A DNA stretch of 64,000 nucleotides, taken from assembly GCF_009914755.1 (NCBI RefSeq), contig NC_060930.1; one strand, given 5' to 3'. The stretch is from the human T2T-CHM13v2.0 reference genome, Homo sapiens. Under the pieces are notes generated by a model. That model did no database searches and was not told the DNA's origin. It was given only the letters and a program-made list of their open reading frames with translations. Of the stretch, positions 47,701 through 61,228 are shown piece by piece (position 1 is the first letter of the stretch; every line of letters starts with the position of its first letter). The position numbers were made by a program, and so were the translations under genes.

Positions 47701-49404
47701 CATTTCAATCATAGAAGATATGGTCAATTGACTTGTAGAAGGGATAGAAATGAAGTTTCAGATTCACTGTTCTATTTTTACCAAACTATAGGACAAAAAA
47801 GCCATTTATGACTAATCAGAGTTTTGAGATTATTTTATGTACATTTGAGTTGCAAATAGTCTATTATTATGGAACTTAACTGAAGCTACTTTTGCAAAAC
47901 AAGGTTTTGAATTTTATGTAGAAAAATAGATAAAGTTACAATAAAAGCAAATTCCCTAATAGTGGCCACCTCTTTCCTAAAGCAAAATGGATTTTAAAAT
48001 CTCTCTTTGCTTAAACCGAACCAATGCCAATTAGACCCAGAAGTAATAATGTAAGTTCATATTAGTTTTGAAGCTGAGGTAATTTAGAGGAAAACATCAA
48101 AAGTCCAATGGATGTTAATAATATTCTTTCACTAATGACTTAGACGTGCACTGATGACTCTCAGGGAAATGATGCAGAGCAGTTTTCTGAATCTACAATA
48201 TATCACACAGAATACTCTTCAATATTTCACCCAACCTTATTTTCTGTTGTTTTTTTTTTGAGTCTTAGTATTTTTTTGCATATTATATTTTTATTTATCT
48301 GAAAAACTTTGCATCTTTTCTAAGAGATGTTTGCACCTCTTCTGGAAATGTTTTGTTATTTATAGCACCTTACAACCTTTAAAAGTTGGAATAATTAACT
48401 TGAGAAATTCTTCTCTTTAGTGGCTAACGGCCTGGATTTTTACCCCCCATCATGAACAAATTAACCATCTCTTTGAAAACCAGGTAATGATTTTTTAAAT
48501 GTGCAATTTAAAATTTCAAACCATATTACCATTTTCCTCCCAGAAGCTTCACTGTCAGTGACTTAGTAAAACCATCATTAATCACAAGATAAGCTACAGT
48601 CATGTGGTGATTGTAATTTGGTCCCACGGAACCAAAGACAAATGATATGGAATACTATTAGCAATGATAGCTTTAATGTAGACATTCATCATGGACTCAG
48701 GTTCATTTGATGTGACTTTGGGATAAAAATAGGAAAATTGCCTCACTATTGAAAATTCTATTATTATTAAATCATAATTTTGGCAAAATTATACAAAATA
48801 AAAGTACTAGAGTTTGTGTTTTTTTGTTTTTCACTATCAAAAGACAAAATTGCAGGGAGCTTTGAAGAACCCAAATGCAGTGCAATTAGAATAGTGAATG
48901 CTGATCAGTTGTTATCTATCTAATTGCTAATAATATAATCAAAAGTTTTGGCAAGCTGTCTATTTATAGGAGTCGCAAGACTGCTCCAGCTCATCAGAAC
49001 AGGTAGACTGCTAACAGAGATTAAGAGACACACACATGCACACATACACACACACAGACACAGATTCATCAGTGACATATTTTATTGGTCATAAATGTCT
49101 TTAATATATTGTATTATAATCTCTTAAAGCAACAGAATGGATTTTTTAGGAAAAGATCCTTGTTACCTAATTAAGTTCTATTCAGTTGTCATATTAAAGA
49201 AGTTATTTAGATTTGCAAGGACCTACACAATTACCATTAAATACTTTCCCTGTAGGAAATCCCTGAGACGAAATGAATGCAGAACTGAAAGTGTGATTGC
49301 AGTTCACAACTGAGAATAAATATTGACTATGACCTGCAGCCTTCTCCTACGGAATATTTGAGTTAAGCTTTAGTTCTTCATGTGGAAAAAAAGTCAAATC
49401 TACT

Positions 49405-50013
49405 ACAGATGCTTCTTGACTGACAATGGGCTACCTCCTGATACACTCTTTTTACATTGAAAATATCATAAATGGAAAGAAATGCATTTAGGTCAGGTGC
49501 AGTGGCTCATGCCTGTAACCTCAGCACTTTGGGAGGTAGAGGCAGGAGAATTGCTTGAGCCCAGGTGTTTGAGACCAACCTGGGCAATACAGAGGGATCC
49601 CTTCTCTACAAAAAATTTTAAAAAATAGATGGACATGATGGCACGCACCTGAGGGCCCTGCTACTTGGGAGGATGAGGTGGGAGGATCGCTTGAGCAGGG
49701 AAGGTTGAGGCTGCTATGAGCCATGATCCTGCCACTGGACTTCAGCCTGGGTGACAAAGTGAGACCCTGTCTCAAAGAAAAGATAAAGAAAATGCATTTA
49801 ATGCTGGCAACACAGCAGGTAGACCCTGAGTTAGAAGGGTTCTACTTATAACTTTTTGACTTTAAAATGGCCCAAAAGCAATAAGCATTCAGTAGAAAGT
49901 GTAACCCCATTTTCAGGCATAAGGAGCTCCTTGATTTATGGTGGGATCACATTCACAATAAACGTAAACTTGAAAATTTTTAAATTGAGCCATCCTAAAT
50001 AGAGGACCATCTG
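49405..50013. mobile_element. MER47/Tigger5-type DNA transposon interrupted by AluJ
   Basis: 'ta|cagatgcttcttgactgacaatggg' ... 'gaggaccatctg|ta'. Confidence 0.75.
49491..49788 (+). mobile_element. AluJ
   Basis: 'ggaggatcgcttgagc', 'gaggctgctatgagccatgatc'; TSD aaatgcattta. Confidence 0.92.
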
Positions 50014-50552
50014 TAGTTTAGGAATAAATTCAGACAATGCCATTGCATTCTTTCTTATGGTATTTTATTTCATGTATTCTGAATATGTCCGTCATCTGGG
50101 CCTACCTGTGTAGCTTCTTCAACTACACCTGCCTCTGCCTCTATAAACTTAGTTATTTTCTTCCCAGTGTTCTTTAGTTGAATTATTCTACTGTACTCAT
50201 ACTCTCAACAATTAAAGGTAATTCTGTGGCCCACATCAAGTAAATCTGCTAATAAACCATAAAATATATCTGCAAAGTCCAAAATGATATCTGGCTCACC
50301 AAATCTTCTGGTCTTTGACATTTGGATTCAATCGGAGAAATAAAAATGATGCTAATACTTTATTTTCTTAAATATTTAAAAATATGTAAATTCCGTTATT
50401 CAGAAAGTGTCTCAACATTTCAGTTGTATTGGTGCTGTATATCTGCATACAATGTTTCTGTTTAATTTTCTATGGACCTATTTATATTGGATTTGGTTTA
50501 ATTTTATCTTTATTTTGCCTGCTGATTTCTTTGGTTGGATGGAATATTCTTT

Positions 50553-50823
<271 letters not shown>

Positions 50824-51208
50824 GAGAGAATATTCTTTAGTTCTTGGGTGCTCTGAAGGATAAATGCTACATTTTCTTCAATATGTATCTTGAAATAGGC
50901 TCCATGATCAATTCTCAACATCATGAAAAGATTGTTTCAAACACCTACACTACAGAAAAATTCATCTTTTATAAATTGAAAATGGAAACATTTCCATGGC
51001 AAAAGAACCTTGAACTGAAGGTATCTAATTTGGAATTTGCTTATAGAATCTGGCTGTCACAGGAGTATAAAAGATTAGCTCCTACAAGCCACAAGTTTCT
51101 CGTTATGATTGCAACAAATTGACTGCAGACTGACTGCAGACATGCTAGACTTCAGATTTTATGATCTTTAACACAATATTTACTTTTTACAAAATATATT
51201 GTGGGCAC

Positions 51209-51982
51209 TGTATTAGCTCGTTTTGCTAGGGCTGCCTTAAAGAAGTACCACCAATTGGGTGGCTTAAAAAAGAGAAATTTATTTTTCACAGTTCTCAAGG
51301 CCAGAAGTTCGAGATTAAGATACCAGCAAGGTTGGTTTCTACTGAGAGCCGCTCTCCTTGGCTGCCATCTCTCTATGCCCTCACATAGTCTTTGGTCTGT
51401 GTGTGCACATCCTGTTGTCTCTCTGTGCGCACACACACACGTGTGTGTCTTTCTGTGTGTCCAAATTTTCTCTTCTTTTAAGAACATCATCAAATTGGGT
51501 TAAGGCCCACCCTAATGGCCTCATTCTATCCTAATCACCCCTTTAAAGACCCTATCTCCCAATACAGATTGAAATGCTTGGGACTAGAAGTGTTGCAGAT
51601 TTCTGATTTCAGATTTTGGAATATTTTTATACACAAAATGAGATATCTTAAGGGATGAGACCATACTAAATATGAAATTCATGTATGTTTCATAAACACC
51701 ATATAAACATAACCTAAAGGTAATTTTATACAATATTTTACATAATTTAGCATAGAAAACACAGTTTTGACTGCATTTTACTGAAACCCATCACATGAGG
51801 TGAGGTGTAGAGTTTTCCACTTGTGGCATCATGTCAGCCTTCAAAAAGTTTTGGATTTTGGAGCATTTTGGGTTTCAGAGCTTCAGATTAGAGATGCTCA
51901 ACCTGTACAGTGGCATTCTGAGGTGCTGAGGGAAAGGGCTTCAACATATGAATTTTGCAGGGATGCAATTAAGCCCATGACA
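51209..51982 (-). mobile_element. MLT1B/C-like MaLR LTR split by Tigger4
   Basis: 'tgtattag...gggctgccttaaagaagtaccac' ... 'gcccatgaca'; 5-bp TSD GGCAC. Confidence 0.85.
51565..51905. mobile_element. Tigger4 (Zombi/MER46) non-autonomous element
   Basis: 'ta|cagattgaaatgcttgggactagaagtgtt' ... 'gatgctcaacctg|ta'. Confidence 0.82.
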
Positions 51983-52059
51983 GGCACCTACAAAGTAGCA
52001 ATGGGAATTTAGCCCCGAATAAAGTAGACAAAAGCTCTGCTATCTTGGAGTTTATATCG

Positions 52060-52195
52060 TTGTACTTAATGTGTCTAAATTTTCAATTTCCTCATCTGCA
52101 CAACAACTCAGATTGTTGCTGTGATTATGTTAGATAATGGCAGAGAGCAATTAAGATAGTTCCTGGTCCATAGCAAGTCTCAATAAATCATCATG
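52060..52195. mobile_element. MIR fragment
   Basis: 'caatttcctcatctgcaca', 'cctggtccatagcaagtctcaataaat'. Confidence 0.6.
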
Positions 52196-52677
52196 AGAAT
52201 TGTAACAATAAAACATGGTGATAAGCATGGGCAGGTTAGATGGAGGAAATCTTCACACTCCTGCTCCCTGGATTTGAAATGAGGTAGTTGCCTTCAGGCA
52301 ATGACACCGTTGCTGCCCAAGTGCTTTATTCATAGGGCATGAAACATTACTTCACAAAGTCTTACAAATTATTTGACTTCATCACTACAATTACAAGAGT
52401 CATTCTGTTTCTGTAAATGATATGAAGATATGTTATCTCTTAAATTCTTTTTGGTTTGCTCTTAAAGAGGGACGTAAGTTTCTAGTTCTTTATATCTAAT
52501 TCATTGTGCTTGGGTCCAAAGTAAATTGGAACAACCGCCTCTGATTAACTCTGTTGCAAATTCCTGAGAAATATATTTTCAATATTGTAATATCATCTCA
52601 GTTGAAAGAATTGCTTCAAAATTGATTCCTTTGGTGACAAACATGTTCTTTCTTAAAAGACTTTTCTTCTTTGTGTA

Positions 52678-52805
52678 CATTCGTTTATTCAACAAATATA
52701 TATTTTGTGCCTGTTATGTATACAGGCAACGGTCTTGGGCTAGGGATACAAAAGTAAACAAAACAGACAAAATTCTCCGACTTCAAGTAGCTTACACTTA
52801 AGTGT
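52678..52805 (-). mobile_element. L2 3'-end fragment
   Basis: 'cattcgtttattcaacaaatat...ctagggatacaaaagtaaacaaaacagac'. Confidence 0.7.
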
Positions 52806-53554
52806 TGATTGGTAGAAGTTTTTCTGTGGAAAATACACTATTCATTCACAACTCTCTACTTCTAAGGAACATCATCCATCACTGTAATTTAGAAAGCATG
52901 GTGACCTCAACTGCAAAGTATAATGGCATATTTACACTTTTAGTACAAACTTTTATCCTCAAATCCTAACTTAAAATAAGCACTATTGCAAATATAATTT
53001 TTTGTCTAGACTCATCCTGCTTTAGATATTTGAACATGACAAAATTCCTTGAATTTACTTTTAGGCAATTATCAAGTCACTTCATGCTAAATCAGGGCAA
53101 GTGTACATCTTAAATATCACTGAATTCCTATTTCCAGTTAAGCGGCTCCCTTTCATTATCTTAGCTCAGTTAATTGTCATTTTACTCATGAATTAATCTA
53201 TTATACACACTGCAAAAAAGATGCTTTTCTGTTTCAAAATTGTCAGTTGGCTTTCACCTTTAACAACCCCCTGCATGCTACATGCTACTATAGGTTCAAC
53301 AAGATACAGCTTCTTTCAGTTCCTCAAGCAAGACGATGTGCAATCCCAATACTCAACCTTGTTTCAAACAAAAAATTCCACTAGAATTCATTGGTAGATT
53401 CTTTTCTCTTTTCAACTTTTTTGTAGTACTGGTTTCTGCATGTCTGTTTCACACACTAGACTTACTACATTGCAAGCTAATAAAGGCAGAGATTATGTAT
53501 GCCATATTCATCTTTGTATTCTCAGTTGACAGAATAGTTTCTTCCTCCTCCCAA

Positions 53555-53662
53555 TTGTTTTATTTAAATAACTTTACCCAGTCATATTTTGCATATCATA
53601 TAATTCACTCTTTTCAAGTGTACAAATCAATACATTTTAGTAAGTATATGAAGTTGTGAAAC
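53555..53662 (-). mobile_element. L1MB-like 3' terminal fragment
   Basis: 'catataattcactcttttcaagtgtacaaatcaatacattttagtaagtat'. Confidence 0.6.
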
Positions 53663-53902
53663 TGATAGCGACAGGAGACAGACAAATTACTAAGCAGACA
53701 GGGACGGGTCCCTGGTGAAACTCAACTTTCAAACTGAGCACAGTTTAAAGCCAGAAAACCAAACTGCCAGTTCCAGAGTCTGCCACTGCGGTGAAAAGTT
53801 CCATCCCTTTCCCCGTTTACTCACTCTCTGTCTCGATTGGTTCCTTCTGAATGATGCCTTTTAACCAGTCAAATGGTGCTTTATCGAAGACCCACCCATG
53901 AA
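53663..53902 (+). mobile_element. 5' part of an ERV1 LTR (LTR27/28/MER50-52 group), truncated
   Basis: 'tgatagcgacaggagacagacaaatt...gggacgggtccctggtgaaac'; CCAAT-like 'gattgg'. Confidence 0.65.
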
Positions 53903-54777
53903 ACACACCTTCACAAATTTAAAACATTGAAATCCTACAAAGTATGTTCTCAGGCCATAAAGCAAGTAGAAATTAATAACCTAAAGAGAGATGGAAAATT
54001 CCTAAATATTTGAAAGCAAAAAATACACGTGTAAATAGCACATAGATCAAAATGAAGTTTCAAGAGAAATAAAAATAATTTGAACTAAACAAAAATACAT
54101 ATTAGTAAATATTGCAGGATGCAGCAAAATCAATGCTTAGAGGAAAATGCATAGCATTAAATGCACATATTAAACAAAAGAAAGACTTAAAATCAATAGC
54201 CTAAGCTTCTACCTTAGGAATGTAGAGGAAGAATAGCAGACTAACTGTACAACAAGTAAAAGCCATTAAATAATAAGTATTGGAGCTGAAATCAACCAAT
54301 TCACAAGAAGAAAACAAAAGAGAAAATCAATAAAGTCAAAAGCTGTTTTTTTGAAGATATCAATAAAATTGGTAAGCGTCTAGCCAGATTAACCAAGAAA
54401 AAAAACAAAGAAGACACAAATTACCAGTATCAGAAATGAAACCAGAAATGGGGTATTCCAACTGATCTCATACAAATGGAATTTATTCTGTGAATTATTA
54501 CACAACCAAGTGAGATTTATTTCATGTATGCACAGCTGACTCAATTAAAAAATTTAAAAATACAAACAATTAATACATAAAATCTACTATATCTACAGGC
54601 TGTTGAAGGAATAACATATGACCACTTCAATTGACTCACAAAAAGCAACACCCATTGACAAAATCTAACACCCATTTAGGATAAAAATTTTTGGCCAATT
54701 AGTAATAGAGTGGAACTTCTTTGAATTAATAATGAACATCTACAAAATACTAGAGCTAACAATATAGTTAATGGTGA

Positions 54778-55217
54778 TGTTACCAAAACAACAGGGGTTT
54801 GGTCAAGGTCCTGCCAGTTGTTGCACAGAAAGCCAATCACTAATACAATGAGTAATGCCAAGGAAGAAGGCCTTAATTGGTTGTTGCAGCTGAGGATATA
54901 GGGCCTCAGTTTCAAATCCGTTTCTCCGACCTACTAAAACTATGGTTTTTTGTAGCAGGGAAAAAATATAATGATATGTAAGAAAGCAGAAACTAGGGAG
55001 GTCAAGGAAGCAATCATGATGAATAGGGGTCCAGCATTTCATTGTCTGAATGTGGTGATCTGGTGAGTTTCAGTTCTTTAATACTTTTTGTGAGAGGCCT
55101 GAACATCATTTCCTGAGGAAGGAATTAATATAAAACAAATGCAAGGTTCAAGCTTTAAGACCACAGTGGTCAATTTCTATGTTTATCCATATCTATGGGA
55201 CTATTGGGCCAGTTTCA
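54778..55217 (-). mobile_element. ERV1 (MER4-group) solo LTR, same family as 31275-31721
   Basis: TG..CA termini; 4-bp TSD GTGA (54774-77 / 55218-21). Confidence 0.85.
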
Positions 55218-55351
55218 GTGACAGATTAGATACTTTCCTTCTAAGATCAGGAATAAGTCAAGAGCATCCTCCCTTATAATTCCAATTTAACATCATTCTA
55301 GAAGTTCTTGCTAGTGCAATAACAAAATGAAATTAAATATATACAGTTTGG

Positions 55352-55721
55352 TGATATGACCTGAATGTTTGTGTCTCCTCATATCTCCAAATTCTAATGC
55401 TGAAGTCATCACTCCCAAGGTGATAGTATTAACCTTGAGAGGTAAATCCTTTGGGAGGTGATTAAGTCATGGGTATGGAGCCCTCATAATTGAGATCTTC
55501 ATGCCTTTATAAAAAAGGTGCAAGAGAGATCCCTTTTCTTTCACCATGTAATGTTAGAGTGAGAAGAAGGCTATCTATGAGAATGTGAACCCTCACCAGA
55601 CACTGAGCCTAATGGGTCTTTGATCTTGGACTTCCCAGAACTGATGAAAAATAAATTTCCTTTATTCATAAGTCACCCAGACTGTGGTATTTTCTTATAA
55701 CAGCCAAAGTAGACCTAGACA
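55352..55721 (+). mobile_element. MLT1A-like MaLR LTR
   Basis: 'tgatatgacctgaatgtttgtgtctcc' ... 'tgatcttggacttcccagaac'...'tagaca'; TSD tttgg/gttgg. Confidence 0.8.
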
Positions 55722-56328
55722 GTTGGAAAGGAAGAAATGAAACTGCCTTATATACAGTTGAAATAATTGTCTATGTAGACAACACCAAATACTCTACAAA
55801 AGCCTCCCAGGATTAATAAGCAAGTTTGTGGAATATAAGTCCATATTCAAAAATTTCCCTATATATTATCAATAAGGTATTAAACTATTGACATTTTTAA
55901 CTAAAAAAAAAACTATTTACAATAACTTCCAAAAAGGGAGTATCTAGGCATAAATTTAACAAAATATTGTCTAAGTTCCCTATTCATAAAACTAAAAAAA
56001 CAAATAAAAGATGTAAATAAGTGGAGTGATGCTCTGTGTTCATAATTATTACCATATGATGAAAATGTCAATTCTTCTCTAACTGATGCACAAATTTAAC
56101 ACAATACCTGCCAAAATCCCAGAAAGTGACTTTGTCAATATTGACAAGTTACTTTTCAATGTTATATAGAAAGGCACAGTACTTAGCATAGCCAACATAA
56201 TACTTCAGAAGAACAAAGTTGGAGGACTCACATTGTCCTATTTCAACCATTTACTGCAAATCTATGGTAATCAAGAGAGTATCATATTGATGCAAAAATA
56301 GACACTTAGGTCAATGGAACAAAACAGA

Positions 56329-56378
56329 GAGCTCAGAGATAGATTCACAGATAGGGAGCTCAGAGATAGATTCACAGA
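56329..56378. repeat. 27-bp-period tandem duplication
   Basis: gagctcagagatagattcacaga occurs twice. Confidence 0.9.
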
Positions 56379-56685
56379 AATATAGTCAACTGATTTTTTT
56401 GATGAAGGCATGGAAGCAATTCAAAGGTAAAAGGAAAGTCTTTTCACTAAATGATGCTGGAACAATTGAATTTCCATATGCAAAGATATCAACCTAGGCC
56501 TATATCTTACATGTTACACAAATTTTATGTCAAAATGGATTATAGAACTAAATGAAATGTGAAAATATAAAAGTTCTAGAATGAAAAATTAAGAAAAATA
56601 CCTATGTGGTTGGGTTTGGTAAATAACTTTTAGATACACCGTCAAGATCCTTGAAAAAAAATAGTCAATTTGAGTTGCACTTTTC

Positions 56686-57096
56686 TGTATTAGTCTATTT
56701 TTGCATTGCTATAAAGAAATACCTGAAACTGGAAAATTTTTAAAGAAAAAAGATTTCTGCAGTCTGTACAGGAAGAAGCATAGTGGCTCCTGCTTGGCTT
56801 TCTGGAAAGGCCTCAACAAACTCACAATCATGGTAAAAGGCAAAGAGGAAGCAGGCATGTCTTACATGGCCAGAGCATGAGGAAGAAAGAGGGGGGAAGG
56901 TGCTGCACACTTTTAAATAACCAGATCTCATGAGAAATCATTCTTTATACAGTACTAATGGGGATGGTACTAAACTATTCAAGAGAACTCTGCCCCCATG
57001 ATCCAATCATCTCCTACCAGGCCCCACCTCCAATACTGAGGATTAATTACAATTTGACATGAGCTTTAAACTGGGTGACAGATCCAAATCATATCA
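56686..57096 (-). mobile_element. MSTA/B-like MaLR LTR
   Basis: 'tgtattagtctatttttgcattgctataaagaaatacctga' ... 'atccaaatcatatca'. Confidence 0.85.
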
Positions 57097-57193
57097 TTTA
57101 CTAAAATTAAAAAGCTACTGTTAAGAAAAAAAAATCCTACCTTGTGAAGATACAAAGAAATTGTAAGACTCTACAATGATAAATTAGATAACT

Positions 57194-57965
57194 TGTGCTA
57201 GTTTTTTTGTTTCTGTTGTAACAAATTATCAAAAACTTAGTCACTGCTATAGTTTGGATGTTTGTCTGCCAAACTCCATGTTGAAATTTGATCTTCAAAG
57301 TTGGAGGTAGGGTGTAATGGCAGGTGTTTGGGTTTTGAGGGCAAATCCCTCTGAATGGCTTGGTGCCATTCTAGTAGTTAATAGCTTCCTCTCTTATCAT
57401 GTGATCTCTTCACACACAGGCTCCCCTTTACCTTTCACCATGAGTAGAAGCAACCCGAGGCCCTTACCGGAAGCAGATGACGCCAGCCTCATGCCCCTTA
57501 TAGGCCCCTCAAGCCTGCAGAACCATGAGCCAAATAAACCTATTTCCTTTATAAGTTACCCTGCCTCCAGTATTTCTTTATAGCAACACAAATGAACTAA
57601 GACAGTGACTTAAAACAATAAAAATTTATCTTACATTTTGAGAGATCACAAGTTCAAAAATGGCCAGCAGGTATGCATTCCTTCTGGAAGCTCTAGGGGA
57701 GAAGCTATTTCCTTCCCTTTTTGAGCTTCTAGAGGCTACTTATAGTCCTGCATGACTCCACCCTTTACTTTCAACATCACATCTACTCTGATTCTGATTT
57801 TCCTCCCTTCCTTTATTACGATCCCTTATGATTACATTGGGCCCACTCAGATAAGCCAGGTTAATCTTCCCATCTCAAAAGCCTTAACTTAATCATATTT
57901 GCAAGGTCATTTAATGTTCCAGTGATTCAGGTGTCAACATATTTAAGGGCCTTATTCTGTTTAAA
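57194..57965 (-). mobile_element. MLT1D/E-like LTR split by an MST LTR
   Basis: 'ctgttgtaacaaattatcaaaaacttag', 'cttctggaagctctaggggagaa', 'gattacattgggcccactcagataa'. Confidence 0.75.
57245..57604 (+). mobile_element. MSTB-like MaLR LTR
   Basis: 'tgctatagtttggatgtttg' ... 'gaactaagaca'; TSD gtcac/gtgac. Confidence 0.82.
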
Positions 57966-60628
57966 TAACCCAAGTAAGAGTGACCAATATATTTAAATAA
58001 ACAGCTTACTTTAAAAAAGATGTAGAAAAATCATATAAACATATGGTAAAATGCTCAACAACATTTGTCATTAGAAAAGTACAAATAAAAACAATGAGAT
58101 GGCATTACATACCTGTTAGAATATATGAAATTTAAAAAGGCAATACCAACTGCTAGTAAGGATGTGTAGCAACAGGATGTGGGCATGTGTAGCATTCATT
58201 GCTGGTGGGGTACAAAACAATGTAGGTATTTTGAAGAGAATTTGGTAATTTCTTACAAAATTTCTTACAAAAGGCACATGAGCATAGCCTTACCACATGT
58301 GCACACAAAAATTGCACATATGCATAGGTGTTTATAGCAGCATTATTCATAATTGCCAAACCTGGAAGGACCCAAGATATCTTTTAACAGATGAATTAAA
58401 ACAAACTGTAGCAACCCATACTATAGAGTGCTATCCAGCAATAAAAAGGAGAATCATCAAGATACACAAAAGCATGGATGGATCTTAAATGCATATCAAT
58501 GAGTAAAAGAAGTCAATCTGAAAAGGCTACCGAGTGCACAATTTCATTCATATGACATTCTGGAAAAGACAACACTGTAGAGAAGATAAACAACTTGGTG
58601 GTTTCTATTACATTTTTGGTCAGGCTTTTGTCTACCTCAACTGCACTCACTGTCTTGGGCTATTGTGATGTCACCAACAAATTACTATTGTTTTCAGTAA
58701 TGTCCTGGGGAAAGGCTTTTTATTCATTGGCTTTTGGCTGTTTGTTTTGCAGAGCTGAACCCCAAACTAAATAATTATGAGGCCATGGGAATAAAGATTT
58801 TTTTCAGAAACGCTTTTGTCTTGTCATACTCTAGGCTGTGCTCTGATAATGGGGTTTTCAACAAAGCTCCAAATGGGAGCTTGGCTGTAAGTGGGCTAGC
58901 TTTTATGCCTACCATGCCTCTGATGTGGGGAGTAAGGCAGGATGGGTCTATCCCCAAGTTAAAATGTCACAGACCATGCTATTCTGACTGAGGTTTAGTA
59001 GTAGTTCTTGAATGGGTGCTTTCCATTCATTCTGTGAACTGGATTGATTTCCACAGTTCTGAAATGCTTGCTTTTTATTATTTTGCCTAATTTTGTTGCC
59101 TTTAGGGGTGCAGCAGGTTCACTCAGGTCTTAATTTCCCCATTCCAGAAGGCAATGTCTAACAAGCATAGATCTTACCCTCAATGCATTAATATCCCAGC
59201 TAGAGTAGAATGATGAACACAGCTGGGGAGCAGTGGTACAGTAAATTGAAGTAAGAACCTGTGGAAGTGGGAGTTAAATGCCAGTATTAAATATTCAGAT
59301 TTTACCCCATAAGTAAGAGAAAATCCTCAATATTTAGAATTGAAGGAGTAACCTGGACAGTAAGATTCGTCAATAAGTATTCTGGAAATTGTAGATGAAT
59401 TATTGAAGAATATTTTGATAAAGGCAGGCAAGTTGGGAGACTTCTAAAATATGTAGAAGTAAGCTAAAAATGTCATGAGTTATTTGGGTCAATAGAAATC
59501 TAAGAAATTGCAATAAACTTATTTTTTTAAGGAACATGATGGAATTTTAAGATTTGCTAATATGTGAGGCAGATAAAAGGCTAAAATCAGAAATGCTTTA
59601 AGTTTTTAAATTTGAATGACTGGAGAAATTAATCCATTGATAGAAATAAGAGATTAGTGTTAGGAGGAGGAAAATTTGTTACATTGTTTGAATTTAAACA
59701 TCGATGGAACATGCAAAAGAGATTTATTTTTTTTAAATTGGAGACAGGTAAATAGAATTCAGTTTAGAGGTTAAAGTCTGCTAACATAGCTTTGTAAATA
59801 AATTTCAGATGAGTACATTTTTTAAAAAGAGATGATTTTTACAGAGAAGTACGTTATAACATACAAAAAATACAGTTTTGAAGGCGGAAATAGAGTGCGA
59901 GACACGGATTGTGGACGATTTGCTGAGTGCTATCAAAGGTGTGACAATTTATCGGAAGGATGCTATTTAGAACTTGTTTAATATAGTTTAAAACAGAAAT
60001 AACAAGTGGATAACCAAAATGGGAGAAAAGGCTAGAAAAGATGCAACACAATTTTTAAAACTTAAGCAGTTTTCAAAGCACTGTTGTGTTATCTTTGACT
60101 GGATCCTGGACAGAAAGGACATTAATGGCAAAACTTGTGAAATCCAAATAATGTTTTAAGTTTAGTTAATCATTGTAGTAAGAAAAATAATCTTATTGTT
60201 ATCTCTTGCTAGTACGTAATCACCTATCTGCTACAGATAATTAGAGTACAAGTAGAACCTCACAGATGAGTCAATGAAGAATTTAGTGTTAACAAATTTT
60301 AGGAAAACAGTTTCATTTGAGTTCTCCTGTTGTTTTCTTTTCTTGTAGGTAGCGATGTGACATATAGGGAAGGAAGAATTGAAGTTATTTCAGCTCTGAA
60401 GAATCAGAGCTAAAATGTTTATTTCATCAGGCATGGTAAATGTTTTGATAGGCCTCTGGAGAATGAAGCAGTCACTTTTTAAGTATGTTATTTTTTATGG
60501 CAGTAGCACTGCATGTACACGGAACACAAGTTACTACTTTTACTAGGAAAGGAAGTAGTGTTTTTGATGTTGTCATTAGATCTATAACTAGAATAAAAAC
60601 ATAATCATAAATATACTTGGTTCGAATC

Positions 60629-60698
60629 TATTTTTATTCAGAATAATAAATATGAAATATTTTTATTCAGAATAATAAATATGAAATATTTTTTATTC
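60629..60698. repeat. 29-bp tandem duplication (~2.4 copies)
   Basis: tatttttattcagaataataaatatgaaa repeated. Confidence 0.9.
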
Positions 60699-60878
60699 GC
60701 ATTCAACTTGCTGCCAGTTGACTGTGTTCATAATTTTTTATTAAAATATCTGTGTTTTCTCCAGTTTATCATCTTATTGTAGATAAGACATTTTTACATG
60801 CAATGAAACAAGCTACTGAACAAACAAGTTCTGACTAATGTAATTCAATATAGACTCTCAGTTCTATTACATCATTGC

Positions 60879-61228
60879 TGTATTAGTCTATTCTCACACT
60901 GCTAATAAAGACATACCCAAGACTGGGTAATTTATAAAAGAAAGAGATTTAACGGACTCACAGTTCCACATGGCTGGGGAGGCCTCAACAATCATGGCAG
61001 AAGGCAAATGAGAAGCAAAAAGCCTGTCTTACATAGCAGCAGGCAAGAGTGTGATCTTTATAAAACCATCAGATCTTGTGAGACTTATTCACTATCATGA
61101 GAACAGCATGAGAAAACCTGCCCCCATGATTCAATTACCTGCCACTAGATCCCTCCCACAACACATGGGGATTATGGGAGCTTCAACTCAAGATGAGATT
61201 TGGGTGGGAACACAGCCAAATCATATCA
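60879..61228 (-). mobile_element. THE1B/C-like MaLR solo LTR
   Basis: 'tgtattagtctattctcacactgctaataaagacatacccaagactggg' ... 'acacagccaaatcatatca'. Confidence 0.9.

Larger units (their letters stand above)
53905..58615 (+). mobile_element. Old L1M (MB/MC/MD) ORF2 to 3' end, fragmented by several LTR insertions
   Basis: 'gcttagaggaaaatgcatagcattaaatgcac', 'gaagaacaaagttggaggactcaca', 'atgacattctggaaaagacaacact'. Confidence 0.8.
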
